37,845 bases of DNA. Source: a virus. Where the stretch lies: positions 1-37,845 of the IMG/VR virus record IMGVR_UViG_3300045988_066923; one strand, given 5' to 3'. The notes beneath the pieces are model-generated. The model was not told the origin of the DNA, did no database searches, and worked only from the letters and a program-made list of their open reading frames with translations. Below are positions 1 through 7,169 of the stretch, piece after piece; position 1 is the first letter of the stretch, and each line of letters opens with the position of its first letter. Made by a program: the position numbers and the translations under genes.

Positions 1-27
1 GGGTTCGATTCCCCTCAGCTCCACCAT
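1..27 (+). tRNA. 3' fragment of a tRNA gene: T-stem GGG, T-loop TTCGATT, T-stem CCCCT, acceptor 3' strand CAGCTCC, discriminator A, encoded CCA. The 5' part lies outside the window.
   Basis: GGGTTCGATTCCCCTCAGCTCCACCA fits the 5+7+5 T-arm, then 7-nt acceptor strand, 1 discriminator and CCA. Isotype cannot be called from this fragment. Confidence 0.6.
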
Positions 28-55
28 GTAAAACCAAAACCCGCAGTTGATAAAA
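1..55. repeat. Left copy of the 55-bp terminal direct repeat (att core / attL)
   Basis: Exact identity to 37791-37845. It lies adjacent to the integrase gene. Confidence 0.9.
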
Positions 56-70
56 CTGCGGGTTTTGGTT
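32..70 (+). terminator. Rho-independent terminator-like hairpin downstream of the tRNA 3' end
   Basis: 15-bp perfect stem, AACCAAAACCCGCAG (32-46) with CTGCGGGTTTTGGTT (56-70), and a 9-nt loop. T-rich 3' arm. Confidence 0.6.
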
Positions 71-172
71 GCGTATCAATAGATTTTCTGATTTCTTACG
101 ATTTTTAACAGAAATAAAATCATAACATTTTATTGCAAAAAATAAGAGTTTATCAAAATCTATAAAGTCGTA

Positions 173-193
173 TGCTAATGGATTTGCTAATGG
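173..193. repeat. Tandem TGCTAATGG x2 (173-181, 185-193; 12-bp phasing); candidate integrase arm-type sites
   Basis: Exact 9-bp direct repeat in the AT-rich arm between the att core and the int stop codon. A GCTAAC pair with the same 12-bp phasing sits in the other arm (37726-37743). Confidence 0.35.
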
Positions 194-1275
194 GTTTCGC
201 CCTCTGGCTGCGGGGCAAACAGGCTGCGCATACGACGCAGATCATCCGTCTCGTCGGCCTCTGCGATGTGCGTGTAGATCTTGTGCATGGTCTGATTGTC
301 GGCCCAGCCGCCCCAGGCCATACACTGTAACTCGCTGACGCCGGCATGGTGGCAGAGGGATGCGAAGGAGTGCCGCAGGCCGTGGATAGAGATATCCGTC
401 ACACCGGCCTCGATGCAGTCCATGTGCAGGTGCTTTTGCAGATACGACGGATTGATTCCGGCTGCCGTCTCGCCGGTCAGATCTTCGGCCAACTCCCGGA
501 CGCGGTCGATCATGATCGGGATATTCCGCTGGCTGCTTTCGTTTTTGTTTTCGTCCTTTCGGGTCCAGCCATCTGACCCCATGACGACTGCACCGGATAC
601 GCGAATCAGCCCGTGCTGCAGGTCAATGTCCTGCGGGCGCACGGCGAAGATCTCCGAACTGCGCAGCGAGTGCAGACCCAGCAGGATCGCCAGTTCCTCC
701 GGGCGGCCCTTGATGGTTTGCAGCAGCGGCGGTATTTCATTGTACCGCAGGAACGGCGTAGGCTTTTTGATGATCTGCGGGATCTTGATCTCCGGGACAG
801 TCAGCTTTGCGTACCGCAGCGAGGCCGCAACGAGCCCCCATGCGTTCTTGACGGTCTTTGCGGTGACGTGCTGCAACTCCTCGTCAATGACTTCCTGCCA
901 GTCCTTTACCTGCTGCGGCTTCTGCTCCATAAGCCCGGCAAAGCGGTCTTTCCGGTATCGCTTGTATCCGAGGATCGTCGACGGCGAGGTTTTGGCCGGG
1001 CGCGCCGCAATGTAAGCGTCCACCAACTGGCCGACAGTCATGTCGGATTTCGACTTGACCTGCCGGCCGGCCAGATACGCCGCTTTTGCTTCGATTGCGG
1101 CCAGCGTACATTCGCGGGCCGAAGCGCGCGTGATCGGGATGCTTTCCCCGCCGAGGCGGAGCTGGACGAAGTAGCTGCCGGATTTCAGCTTGCGGGGCTT
1201 TGGTGTTTTCAAGCGGGCCACACCTCCATATGCGACGTAAAGGCTGCGCGGATCCAGCCGACATTCGGATTGCAC
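187..1275 (-). CDS. int: Tyrosine recombinase / phage integrase
   Basis: C-terminal catalytic signature: LRSSE (Arg), HGLRHSFAS (H-x-x-R), GGWAD, KIYTH (Tyr). Adjacent to the att core. The start is uncertain: the ATG at 1275 overlaps the upstream gene, and a TTG near 1209 has a GGAGG upstream. Confidence 0.93.
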   Translation of the reverse strand: MQSECRLDPRSLYVAYGGVARLKTPKPRKLKSGSYFVQLRLGGESIPITRASARECTLAAIEAKAAYLAGRQVKSKSDMTVGQLVDAYIAARPAKTSPSTILGYKRYRKDRFAGLMEQKPQQVKDWQEVIDEELQHVTAKTVKNAWGLVAASLRYAKLTVPEIKIPQIIKKPTPFLRYNEIPPLLQTIKGRPEELAILLGLHSLRSSEIFAVRPQDIDLQHGLIRVSGAVVMGSDGWTRKDENKNESSQRNIPIMIDRVRELAEDLTGETAAGINPSYLQKHLHMDCIEAGVTDISIHGLRHSFASLCHHAGVSELQCMAWGGWADNQTMHKIYTHIAEADETDDLRRMRSLFAPQPEGETH

Positions 1276-1607
1276 AGGTCGACCAGCAGGGCAAGCAGCA
1301 CAATCAGGACAATGGCCGATAATACCCAGAACTGCACATTCTTGCGCTTGAGACCCTTTTCATAGAGCGCGTTCACGCGCTCTGCATTCTCCAGCTGGAG
1401 CCGCAGGCGTTCGACCTCTGATGTATCGTCCTCCGCTGGAGCCTCCACCCCGAAATGCTCATCCATGGATACACCGAGTGCCGCACAGATCGGCCCGGCC
1501 GTATCGACGGACGGGCTTTTTGTTTCGCCGCGCAGAAACTGTCCGACGGCGTTGACGGACAGCCCTGATTCATCGGCGATATCCTGATTCGTTTTTCGCG
1601 GCTGCAT
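1209..1607 (-). CDS. Membrane-anchored XRE-family HTH protein (HTH, then coiled-coil-like segment, then one TM helix)
   Basis: Start trimmed to the ATG at 1607 (MQPRKTNQDIADESGLSVNAVGQFLRG), preceded by AAGGA. Hydrophobic segment FWVLSAIVLIVLLALLV near the C-terminus. Confidence 0.7.
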   Translation of the reverse strand: MQPRKTNQDIADESGLSVNAVGQFLRGETKSPSVDTAGPICAALGVSMDEHFGVEAPAEDDTSEVERLRLQLENAERVNALYEKGLKRKNVQFWVLSAIVLIVLLALLVDLCNPNVGWIRAAFTSHMEVWPA

Positions 1608-1782
1608 CGTATCCTTTGCTTTTCGACACGTTTCCCACAAATTTTCCGACAAAAACCATCCCTCCATATGTAAAAACCACGCGCATGGTGGAAAATTTTT
1701 GCGCAAAACCCATTCCAAGGGCTTTACAAAACCATCCTGTATTTACCATGATGGAATCACAGACGGCTCCCAGTCGCCTGCG

Positions 1783-1823
1783 CAAACAAAAGCCCGTGCC
1801 GGTGTTCGGCAACCGGCACGGGC
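1783..1823 (-). terminator. Rho-independent terminator (minus strand) after the 1841-2176 gene
   Basis: 11-bp stem, GCCCGTGCCGG (1792-1802) with CCGGCACGGGC (1813-1823). Read on the minus strand it is followed by TTTTGTTTG. Confidence 0.8.
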
Positions 1824-1840
1824 AACCCCCAAACAGGCGA

Positions 1841-2176
1841 TTAGCTAACCAAGCCGGGGAACAAATTGACGATGATATAAAAGATAATACATATGACTGC
1901 AACTGCGATCAGAATGTTGCGGCGGGTACGCCGACCATTTTCCTTGATCTCCTGGCATCGCGCAGCTTCCTCTGGCGTAGGCGCTTGGGGTTTGGATGCT
2001 GCGGAGGCGGCAGCACCAAATGCAACCGCTGTCCAAAGTGAGCTTTGCAGTTTGCGCTTGCGGCCCTGCTTTGTCGTCGGGATACCGGTTGCGCGTGCGA
2101 TCTTCTGCTTTGCCGATGTGATACCAAGCGCCCGGTTCCAGCTGAAACCGGGGATGATCGACTTTCGTTTTGCCAT
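1841..2176 (-). CDS. Small basic protein with a C-terminal TM anchor; unknown function (lysogeny-side accessory)
   Basis: GGAGG SD 6 nt upstream of the ATG. C-terminal hydrophobic helix ILIAVAVICIIFYIIVNLF. Confidence 0.6.
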   Translation of the reverse strand: MAKRKSIIPGFSWNRALGITSAKQKIARATGIPTTKQGRKRKLQSSLWTAVAFGAAASAASKPQAPTPEEAARCQEIKENGRRTRRNILIAVAVICIIFYIIVNLFPGLVS

Positions 2177-2185
2177 AGCAGCCTC

Positions 2186-2707
2186 CTACGGATTACAATC
2201 CTTGCACGGTGTATACAGAGCGGCTGCCTCGGCGCGGATGCCGGTGTAGCTGCTGCGGTTTGCATAGTCCATCTGGCGGATGTGGTAGCAGCTGGCCAGA
2301 TGGAAAACGCCGCTGGATGTATTTACGATAAATGTCTGCACGTTTTCGCTCGTCGAGGCGGAGATCTGCGGAGCCTCGGCGGGCAGCGTGCCGGGGATAT
2401 AGGATACAAATTTACCGATGATCGGCTCCAGCGGTTCTACGGCGAGCGGATCGCCGCCGATGCTGGCATAATAGCGTTCCGCAGCCTCGGCCTGCTCCAC
2501 CTCGGTGTATTCATCGCTCCCGGTAAAGGGCGGATCTGCGGCGGGCAGAACAGCTACATCCGCAGCGGCCCGGATCTCCGCGGGCGAGGCCTGATAGGAG
2601 CGGACGGCGGATATCGTTCCGGCGAGGGACAGCGCTCCAAACCATGCGACGGCAGCAAATACGCAGCATACCAGCACCAGCAGCACCCTGCGCCATATGC
2701 GGGTCAT
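2186..2707 (-). CDS. N-terminally anchored or secreted protein with a C-terminal Ada-like Cys/His zinc-binding motif
   Basis: GGAGGGG SD. N-terminal TM/signal VLLVLVCCVFAAVAWFGAL. C-terminus FHLASCYHIRQM...YTPCKDCNP resembles the FH-x-x-x-C ... G-Y-x-P-C-K-x-C Ada-type Zn motif. Confidence 0.65.
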   Translation of the reverse strand: MTRIWRRVLLVLVCCVFAAVAWFGALSLAGTISAVRSYQASPAEIRAAADVAVLPAADPPFTGSDEYTEVEQAEAAERYYASIGGDPLAVEPLEPIIGKFVSYIPGTLPAEAPQISASTSENVQTFIVNTSSGVFHLASCYHIRQMDYANRSSYTGIRAEAAALYTPCKDCNP

Positions 2708-2763
2708 GTCAACCCCTCCAATTTATCGACAAATTTTTGTTAATTTCTTCTCTTGCATAATAC

Positions 2764-2775
2764 GAACAGCTGTTC
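2764..2775. promoter_or_regulatory. Perfect 12-bp palindrome GAACAGCTGTTC upstream of the 2707 gene; operator candidate
   Basis: Lies in AT-rich intergenic DNA. Read on the minus strand it sits immediately upstream of a TATTAT -10-like hexamer. Confidence 0.35.
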
Positions 2776-2873
2776 TAAAATATAAGAGTGCTAGATAAAG
2801 AAAGGACGGACGCCAATGGAAGACTTGCTTGATCGCTTATGCAACCTATCGGACGCCGATCTCGACCGGCTGA

Positions 2874-3206
2874 TTACTTACCTTGCTGCTCTAAAAACTC
2901 AAGATAGCGAAGCGCCTCAGTCTGCCTGTCCTCCGGCAGTGAGCGAATAATGTTATATGCCTTTTGGGCCTTGTCGGCGTGAAGCTCGGCAGGGCCTTTT
3001 TTTATTTGCACATCTAGCAATTCGTCTGCCGACACGTTGAGGATTGAAGCCAGCTGCATAATTGCATCTGGGCCGGGCGTAGCGTCTCCACGTTCCCATT
3101 TGCCAACAGCTTGTGCCGAGACATACAGCTTTTCGGCAATTTCGCGCTGGCTAAAGCCAGCTTTTTTTCGTGCAGCACGAAGGTTATCACAAAACATAAG
3201 CATCAC
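2874..3206 (-). CDS. CI-like phage repressor (XRE-family HTH)
   Basis: GFSQREIAEKLYVSAQAVGKWERG HTH. Divergent from the cro-like gene across the operator region. No SD; start codons lie 2-11 nt from the predicted transcription start (leaderless-like). Confidence 0.85.
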   Translation of the reverse strand: MMLMFCDNLRAARKKAGFSQREIAEKLYVSAQAVGKWERGDATPGPDAIMQLASILNVSADELLDVQIKKGPAELHADKAQKAYNIIRSLPEDRQTEALRYLEFLEQQGK

Positions 3207-3214
3207 CTATGAAA

Positions 3215-3243
3215 ATATTACAACTAATAGTTGCAGCTTGCAA
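3215..3243 (-). promoter_or_regulatory. Leftward (repressor) promoter: TTGCAA - 17 nt - TAATAT
   Basis: -35 at 3238-3243 and -10 at 3215-3220, read on the minus strand. Operator 3221-3233 fills the spacer. Confidence 0.6.
3221..3233. promoter_or_regulatory. Operator candidate O1, CAACTAATAGTTG (perfect 6-1-6 palindrome)
   Basis: Seen directly in the sequence. Lies in the spacer of the leftward promoter. Confidence 0.6.
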
Positions 3244-3254
3244 TAAAAAAGGGC

Positions 3255-3283
3255 TTGACAGCAACTAAAAGTAGCGTTATAAT
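3255..3283 (+). promoter_or_regulatory. Rightward (early lytic) promoter: consensus TTGACA - 17 nt - TATAAT
   Basis: TTGACA at 3255-3260 and TATAAT at 3278-3283, with exactly 17-nt spacing. Confidence 0.75.
3262..3274. promoter_or_regulatory. Operator candidate O2, CAACTAAAAGTAG (one mismatch to the palindrome)
   Basis: Same CAAC-N5-GTTG family as O1 and O3. Lies in the spacer of the rightward promoter. Confidence 0.5.
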
Positions 3284-3290
3284 GCAAATA

Positions 3291-3303
3291 CAACCTAAGG
3301 TTG
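3291..3303. promoter_or_regulatory. Operator candidate O3, CAACCTAAGGTTG (perfect 6-1-6 palindrome)
   Basis: Located at the predicted start site of the rightward transcript. Confidence 0.6.
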
Positions 3304-3552
3304 CGAACGGAGGTGAGAACAACGAGAGGTTTAAGACGTAGACGTGTGAGTGCAGGCCTGTCGCAAAACGAACTCGCTGCGCGTGTAGGCGTAAGCTATC
3401 AGGCCGTTGGCAAATGGGAGCGCGGAGACGGCTATCCGGCCGCAGCATTGCTTCCTCTGCTGGCCAATGCCTTAGACTGCACGATCGACGATTTGTACAG
3501 AGAGGAGGATGCACCAGATGGGCAAGGACAGCAAGCCCCGCCTGCATGTTGA
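3301..3552 (+). CDS. Cro-like XRE-family HTH regulator
   Basis: GLSQNELAARVGVSYQAVGKWERG HTH. First gene of the rightward operon. The start is ambiguous (TTG 3301 or GTG 3313; no ATG), and GGAGG at 3309-3313 overlaps the candidate starts. Confidence 0.75.
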   Translation: MRTEVRTTRGLRRRRVSAGLSQNELAARVGVSYQAVGKWERGDGYPAAALLPLLANALDCTIDDLYREEDAPDGQGQQAPPAC

Positions 3553-3766
3553 GATCGGCATTGACGGCGTATCAAACAGCGTTGTGGACCTACATGGCAG
3601 CTATATGGATCTGCTGATCGCAGCGACTTATATCATCAATGTTTTTTACCGGACGATGTGCAAGCACGGCAACGGCGAGAAATTCAAGCGCGACATTTGC
3701 AGGTACTTGAATGATGGCGACAGCGTGGTTTGGCGCTCGGGAGGGCCGGAACATGGCAAAGGCTAA
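3518..3766 (+). CDS. Hypothetical protein
   Basis: ORF trimmed to the ATG at 3518, 9 nt after AGGAGG. Confidence 0.55.
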   Translation: MGKDSKPRLHVEIGIDGVSNSVVDLHGSYMDLLIAATYIINVFYRTMCKHGNGEKFKRDICRYLNDGDSVVWRSGGPEHGKG

Positions 3767-3992
3767 GGTCGACCGGAATACCGATTATCTGCTCCGGATG
3801 CGTATCCGCGGCGAAATGTCCGCGCAGCACGTGTCGATCGAGCAGGCCTGCACCTATGCGATGGTCAGCCAGGCGACGCTTTACCGGCTGATGGATTCGC
3901 CGACGCGGTACATGGATAAGACGCTGCGGCTTCTGCGGTGCCTGACGGTGCCGATTGAAGATGTGCGCGAGGCGATCACGTATCCATGGTGA
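3753..3992 (+). CDS. Small putative DNA-binding protein (HTH-like; possible excisionase or regulator)
   Basis: ORF trimmed to the ATG at 3753 after GGGAGG. The segment SIEQACTYAMVSQATLYRLM looks like a helix-turn-helix. Confidence 0.5.
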   Translation: MAKAKVDRNTDYLLRMRIRGEMSAQHVSIEQACTYAMVSQATLYRLMDSPTRYMDKTLRLLRCLTVPIEDVREAITYPW

Positions 3993-4082
3993 CATGGTAT
4001 CAGGTTTGACCGGCACGGGCAAGGCCGAGACGGCCCCGGTGCCGGGTGTATGGCGGCGGAAGTGCTGCCGATGGAGGTATGG

Positions 4083-4517
4083 ATGCAGCAGAATATTTAC
4101 CGGGCGGCAAGGATCTCCCGCGGACTGACGCAGGAAGCCGCCGCAGCAAAGATCCCGATCAACGTGCGCAGCCTGCGCGAATACGAATCCGGCGAGCGTG
4201 TGCCCAATTCTGACACCGTCGTCCGTATGTCGGAGATCTACGATGCGCAGTATCTGTGTTATCAGCACCTGCGGCAGACCAGTGAGATCGCGCAGCGTCT
4301 GATCCCGGACACCGGTGATCTGGCTCTGCCAGAAGCGGTTTTGCAGCTGCTGGACGCGGTCTATGCGTTCGCAGACAACAAGACGGACCGGCGCTTGATC
4401 GCAATCGCCAGAGACGGCGTGATCGATGAGCAGGAGCGGCCGGAGTATGACCGGATCGTGGAGGAGCTGCAGGACATTATCAAGTACGCAATGGCTGTCA
4501 CATACCGCCAGCGTTAA
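4083..4517 (+). CDS. XRE-family HTH regulator with a C-terminal helical domain
   Basis: ATG at 4083 after GGAGG. HTH reads ISRGLTQEAAAAKIPINVRSLREYESGERVP. Confidence 0.8.
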   Translation: MQQNIYRAARISRGLTQEAAAAKIPINVRSLREYESGERVPNSDTVVRMSEIYDAQYLCYQHLRQTSEIAQRLIPDTGDLALPEAVLQLLDAVYAFADNKTDRRLIAIARDGVIDEQERPEYDRIVEELQDIIKYAMAVTYRQR

Positions 4518-4553
4518 GCGTTCCGTCCTATCTCGCAGGAGGGAGGTATGGAC

Positions 4554-4646
4554 ATGTTCCGAGCATTCAACAACGCGCTGATCCTGGGCGGGATTGCGTT
4601 TGTCGCAATCGTGTTCCCGGTTTTGGCCAATTACAGTATGATCTGA
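4554..4646 (+). CDS. 30-aa hydrophobic peptide (single TM), absent from the ORF track
   Basis: GGAGGGAGG SD 8 nt upstream. Translation MFRAFNNALILGGIAFVAIVFPVLANYSMI. Confidence 0.4.
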   Translation: MFRAFNNALILGGIAFVAIVFPVLANYSMI

Positions 4647-4656
4647 GGTATTTTTT

Positions 4657-4902
4657 ATGGTTCCCAACAAATTCGACGGATATGACATCCTGTTACAGTC
4701 CAAGGTATCGCCGGGCCGGTATATCGTCCTCGGTACGCGCAGCAAGCTCGATCACGCGACTTTTATCTACGACGAAAAGACGGCGCAGTTTACAAAGGGC
4801 TGCTATTTCGGCACGATCAAGCGGGCCTGCAACAACTACACCACGCGCAAGGAGGGAGAAATCCGTGCCTATCAGAACAAGCTCCAGAAAGCAAAAAAAT
4901 GA
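4657..4902 (+). CDS. Hypothetical protein
   Basis: ORF with a GAGG SD, co-oriented in the early operon. Confidence 0.6.
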   Translation: MVPNKFDGYDILLQSKVSPGRYIVLGTRSKLDHATFIYDEKTAQFTKGCYFGTIKRACNNYTTRKEGEIRAYQNKLQKAKK

Positions 4903-5016
4903 CCGCACAGCTGCTGGAACAGCTGCACGGTCACTGTCGTCCGAAATGGACAACATGAAAGCATTTATATCTTACCATGAGTTTCCCTAAAATGCAAGGG
5001 GCGGAGGTGATGATTT

Positions 5017-5778
5017 TTGGCAGAAAAACAGGTGCGGGCCTACTGGGCCAATATCCCGGCCCCGGTGCTCTATGACGATGCGCTGAGCGCGAACGCGAAG
5101 CTGCTCTATGGCGAGATCACGACGCTCATGCACTTCGTCGGGAAAGAGGGTTACTGCGACGCCAGTAATCAGGAATTGGCCGAGGGGCACAAGTGGAACG
5201 CGAAGTCGGTCAGCCGTCTGGTGGCCGCGCTGGCAGACGCCGGATACATCGTGATCCAGCTGTCCAACGATCCCAAAACAGGGGCTACCATGCGGAGAAT
5301 CTATCAGACTTTGCCGCTACCCCCCTCCGCAGAATTGCGGAGACCCCCCTCCACCGAAAAGTCCACCCCCCCTCCGCAAAAAAGTGGAGGTATATATAAT
5401 GATTTAGATAATATACAAGATAAACCCCCTAAAGCCCCCCAAGGGGGCCAGCGCCCGAAAAAGCGCAAAACGGAGCCGAAGGCGACGGCCGACTGGAAGC
5501 CGGAGCGCTTTGAGGGCTTCTGGAAATTCTATCCCCGCGGGGAGGGACGGCAGGCCGCGATCCGGGCTTGGGATAAGCTCCAGCCGGACGACGCGCTGAT
5601 CGACCACATTGCCGTCTGCCTTGTGCAGCAGATGGCGTCCGAGGAGTGGCAGAGGGGCATCGGCATCCCACACGCTTCGACGTATCTCAACCAGCAGCGC
5701 TGGACGGATGAGGAGCGGAAGCCGGTTCCGGCCGCGCCTTCGCGCACGGTCGACACGGAGGGGACGCGATGGCTGTAG
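5017..5778 (+). CDS. Replication initiator / replisome organiser (N-terminal winged-HTH, Pro-rich linker, C-terminal domain)
   Basis: TTG start after GGAGGTGA. N-terminus LSANAKLLYGEITTLM...ASNQELAEGHKWNAKSVSRLVAALADAGYI is typical of phage replication HTH proteins. Sits directly upstream of, and overlaps, the DnaB gene. Confidence 0.7.
   Translation: MAEKQVRAYWANIPAPVLYDDALSANAKLLYGEITTLMHFVGKEGYCDASNQELAEGHKWNAKSVSRLVAALADAGYIVIQLSNDPKTGATMRRIYQTLPLPPSAELRRPPSTEKSTPPPQKSGGIYNDLDNIQDKPPKAPQGGQRPKKRKTEPKATADWKPERFEGFWKFYPRGEGRQAAIRAWDKLQPDDALIDHIAVCLVQQMASEEWQRGIGIPHASTYLNQQRWTDEERKPVPAAPSRTVDTEGTRWL
5315..5450. other. Candidate origin of replication inside the organiser gene
   Basis: Three direct CCCCCCTCC repeats (5320, 5344, 5367; 23-24 bp phasing). 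Inverted repeat CTCCGCA-GAAT-TGCGGAG (5325-5342). A 35-bp AT-rich block at 5390-5424. A GC hairpin at 5434-5448. Confidence 0.5.
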
Positions 5779-7154
5779 ACAGATCCGCGCTGGATCAGCA
5801 GAACCTGCTGGACGCGCAGGCGTCCGTGCTTGGCTCCATGCTGATCGACAGCCGCTGTGTTGGCGCGGTGCTGGCCGAGGTCCGGCCGGAGTACATCACG
5901 CAGCCGACATACCGCATGATCTTCGACGCGATCACGCACCTGTATGCCGACAACCGCAAGATCGACGCGGTCACGGTGCTGGCCGAGGTCACGGGCGGCG
6001 GGAAGAACACGGCCATGTATGATCTTGTGTCCAAGCTGATGCAGACCACGCCGACGGCGGCCAATGTCGGCGAGTATGTGCGGATCTTAAAGCAGCGGGC
6101 GCGGCTCATGTCGCTCAAGGATCTCGCGTCAGAAATTCTCGGTGCGGAATCCGAGGACGATATTGCGCAGCTGCTCGACCGGGCAAACGCGATCATGGTC
6201 AGCCGCCCCGGCGTCCGGACAGCGACGATGGCCGAGGCCTATCAGGACTTTTTCTCCCGGCATGATCCGGACGTCAAGAAGGAGTATCTGCGCTGGGGCA
6301 TTCAGGAGCTGGACGACGCGATTTATGCAGGGCCGGGCGATATGGTCGTCATCGGCGGTTATCCCTCGGACGGCAAAACCACCTTTGCCCTCAGCACGGC
6401 CTTTCGCATGGCCGAGAAAAAGAAAGTCGGCTTTTTCAGTTACGAAACCGACAAAGACAAGCTCTATGACCGCATTGTCGCATCGGTCGCGCAGATCGGG
6501 CTGGCAAAGCTCAAGCTGAACACGCTCAACAAAAGCGATTGGGAGACGATGGCGGCAATCAGTGAGCGGCTTGCCGGGCCGAAGCTCCAGTTGATTGAGG
6601 CCAGCGGCATGACCGTACAGGACATTCGCAGCTGGGCGCTGTCGCGGCATTTTGACCTGATCGTGGTCGATTATCTGCAAAAGATCAAGCCGGTCAGATC
6701 CTCGCGCTACGCCAGCGATTACGAAAACGTCTCGCAGATCTCCAGCGACCTGCAGCAGCTTGGCAGGCAGACCGGCATTCCCATCATTGCGCTGTCGCAG
6801 CTGTCGCGCCCGGAGCGCGGCAAAAGCGGCAAGATCCCGCCGCCGACGCTGTCGTCGCTTCGCTCATCCGGCCAGATCGAGCAGGACGCGGACGTGGTCA
6901 TGCTCCTGTACCGCGAAGACCAGGACGCACCCAACAGCCGCCGCCTGCTGCGCGTGGCAAAGAACAAGGAGGGCGAGAGCAACATCGGCGTCAAGCTGGA
7001 CTTCGACGGCCAGACACAGACCTTCCGCCGCAGCTCCAGTCAGCCGCAGCATGGCTCCCTGCCGCAGCCCACGAAGCCGCGGTATCAGCAGGCGTCCATG
7101 AAGCCGGGCGAATGGGGGCCTATCGATATCCCGGATTCGGAAATTCCATTTTGA
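5769..7154 (+). CDS. dnaB: Replicative DNA helicase, DnaB family
   Basis: N-terminal domain LLDAQASVLGSMLID, Walker A GGYPSDGKTTFAL, and DYLQKI, SQLSRPERG, SGQIEQDADVVMLLYRED motifs. Confidence 0.93.
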   Translation: MAVDRSALDQQNLLDAQASVLGSMLIDSRCVGAVLAEVRPEYITQPTYRMIFDAITHLYADNRKIDAVTVLAEVTGGGKNTAMYDLVSKLMQTTPTAANVGEYVRILKQRARLMSLKDLASEILGAESEDDIAQLLDRANAIMVSRPGVRTATMAEAYQDFFSRHDPDVKKEYLRWGIQELDDAIYAGPGDMVVIGGYPSDGKTTFALSTAFRMAEKKKVGFFSYETDKDKLYDRIVASVAQIGLAKLKLNTLNKSDWETMAAISERLAGPKLQLIEASGMTVQDIRSWALSRHFDLIVVDYLQKIKPVRSSRYASDYENVSQISSDLQQLGRQTGIPIIALSQLSRPERGKSGKIPPPTLSSLRSSGQIEQDADVVMLLYREDQDAPNSRRLLRVAKNKEGESNIGVKLDFDGQTQTFRRSSSQPQHGSLPQPTKPRYQQASMKPGEWGPIDIPDSEIPF

Positions 7155-7169
7155 AAAACGGAGGACAAC

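Noticed and set aside
296-1365. Plus-strand ORFs (296-1015, 613-1365) opposite the integrase
   Set aside because: The integrase frame has a full catalytic signature. The antisense frames are Cys/Arg/Ser-rich and have no motifs.
2816-2950. 44-aa plus-strand ORF (MEDLLDRLCNLSDADLDRLITYLAALKTQ…) with a weak SD, convergent with and overlapping the 3' end of the repressor gene
   Set aside because: It is short and overlaps the repressor gene by 77 nt on the opposite strand. Its helical sequence may simply mirror the repressor C-terminal helix codons. Kept only as a low-probability candidate.
3684-4745. 353-aa minus-strand ORF spanning the early region
   Set aside because: It is antisense to several well-supported plus-strand genes with SDs and HTH motifs. 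Its Arg/His/Pro-rich composition is typical of shadow ORFs in GC-rich DNA, and it has no SD.
4906-4930. ACAGCTGC repeats in intergenic regions (4906-4930, 11434-11459, and the core of the 2764-2775 palindrome) as a possible shared regulator site
   Set aside because: CAGCTG corresponds to the very common CAG-CTG (Gln-Leu) codon pair and occurs many times in coding sequence here. Without counting, enrichment cannot be claimed. Only the 12-bp palindrome at 2764 is retained as a feature.
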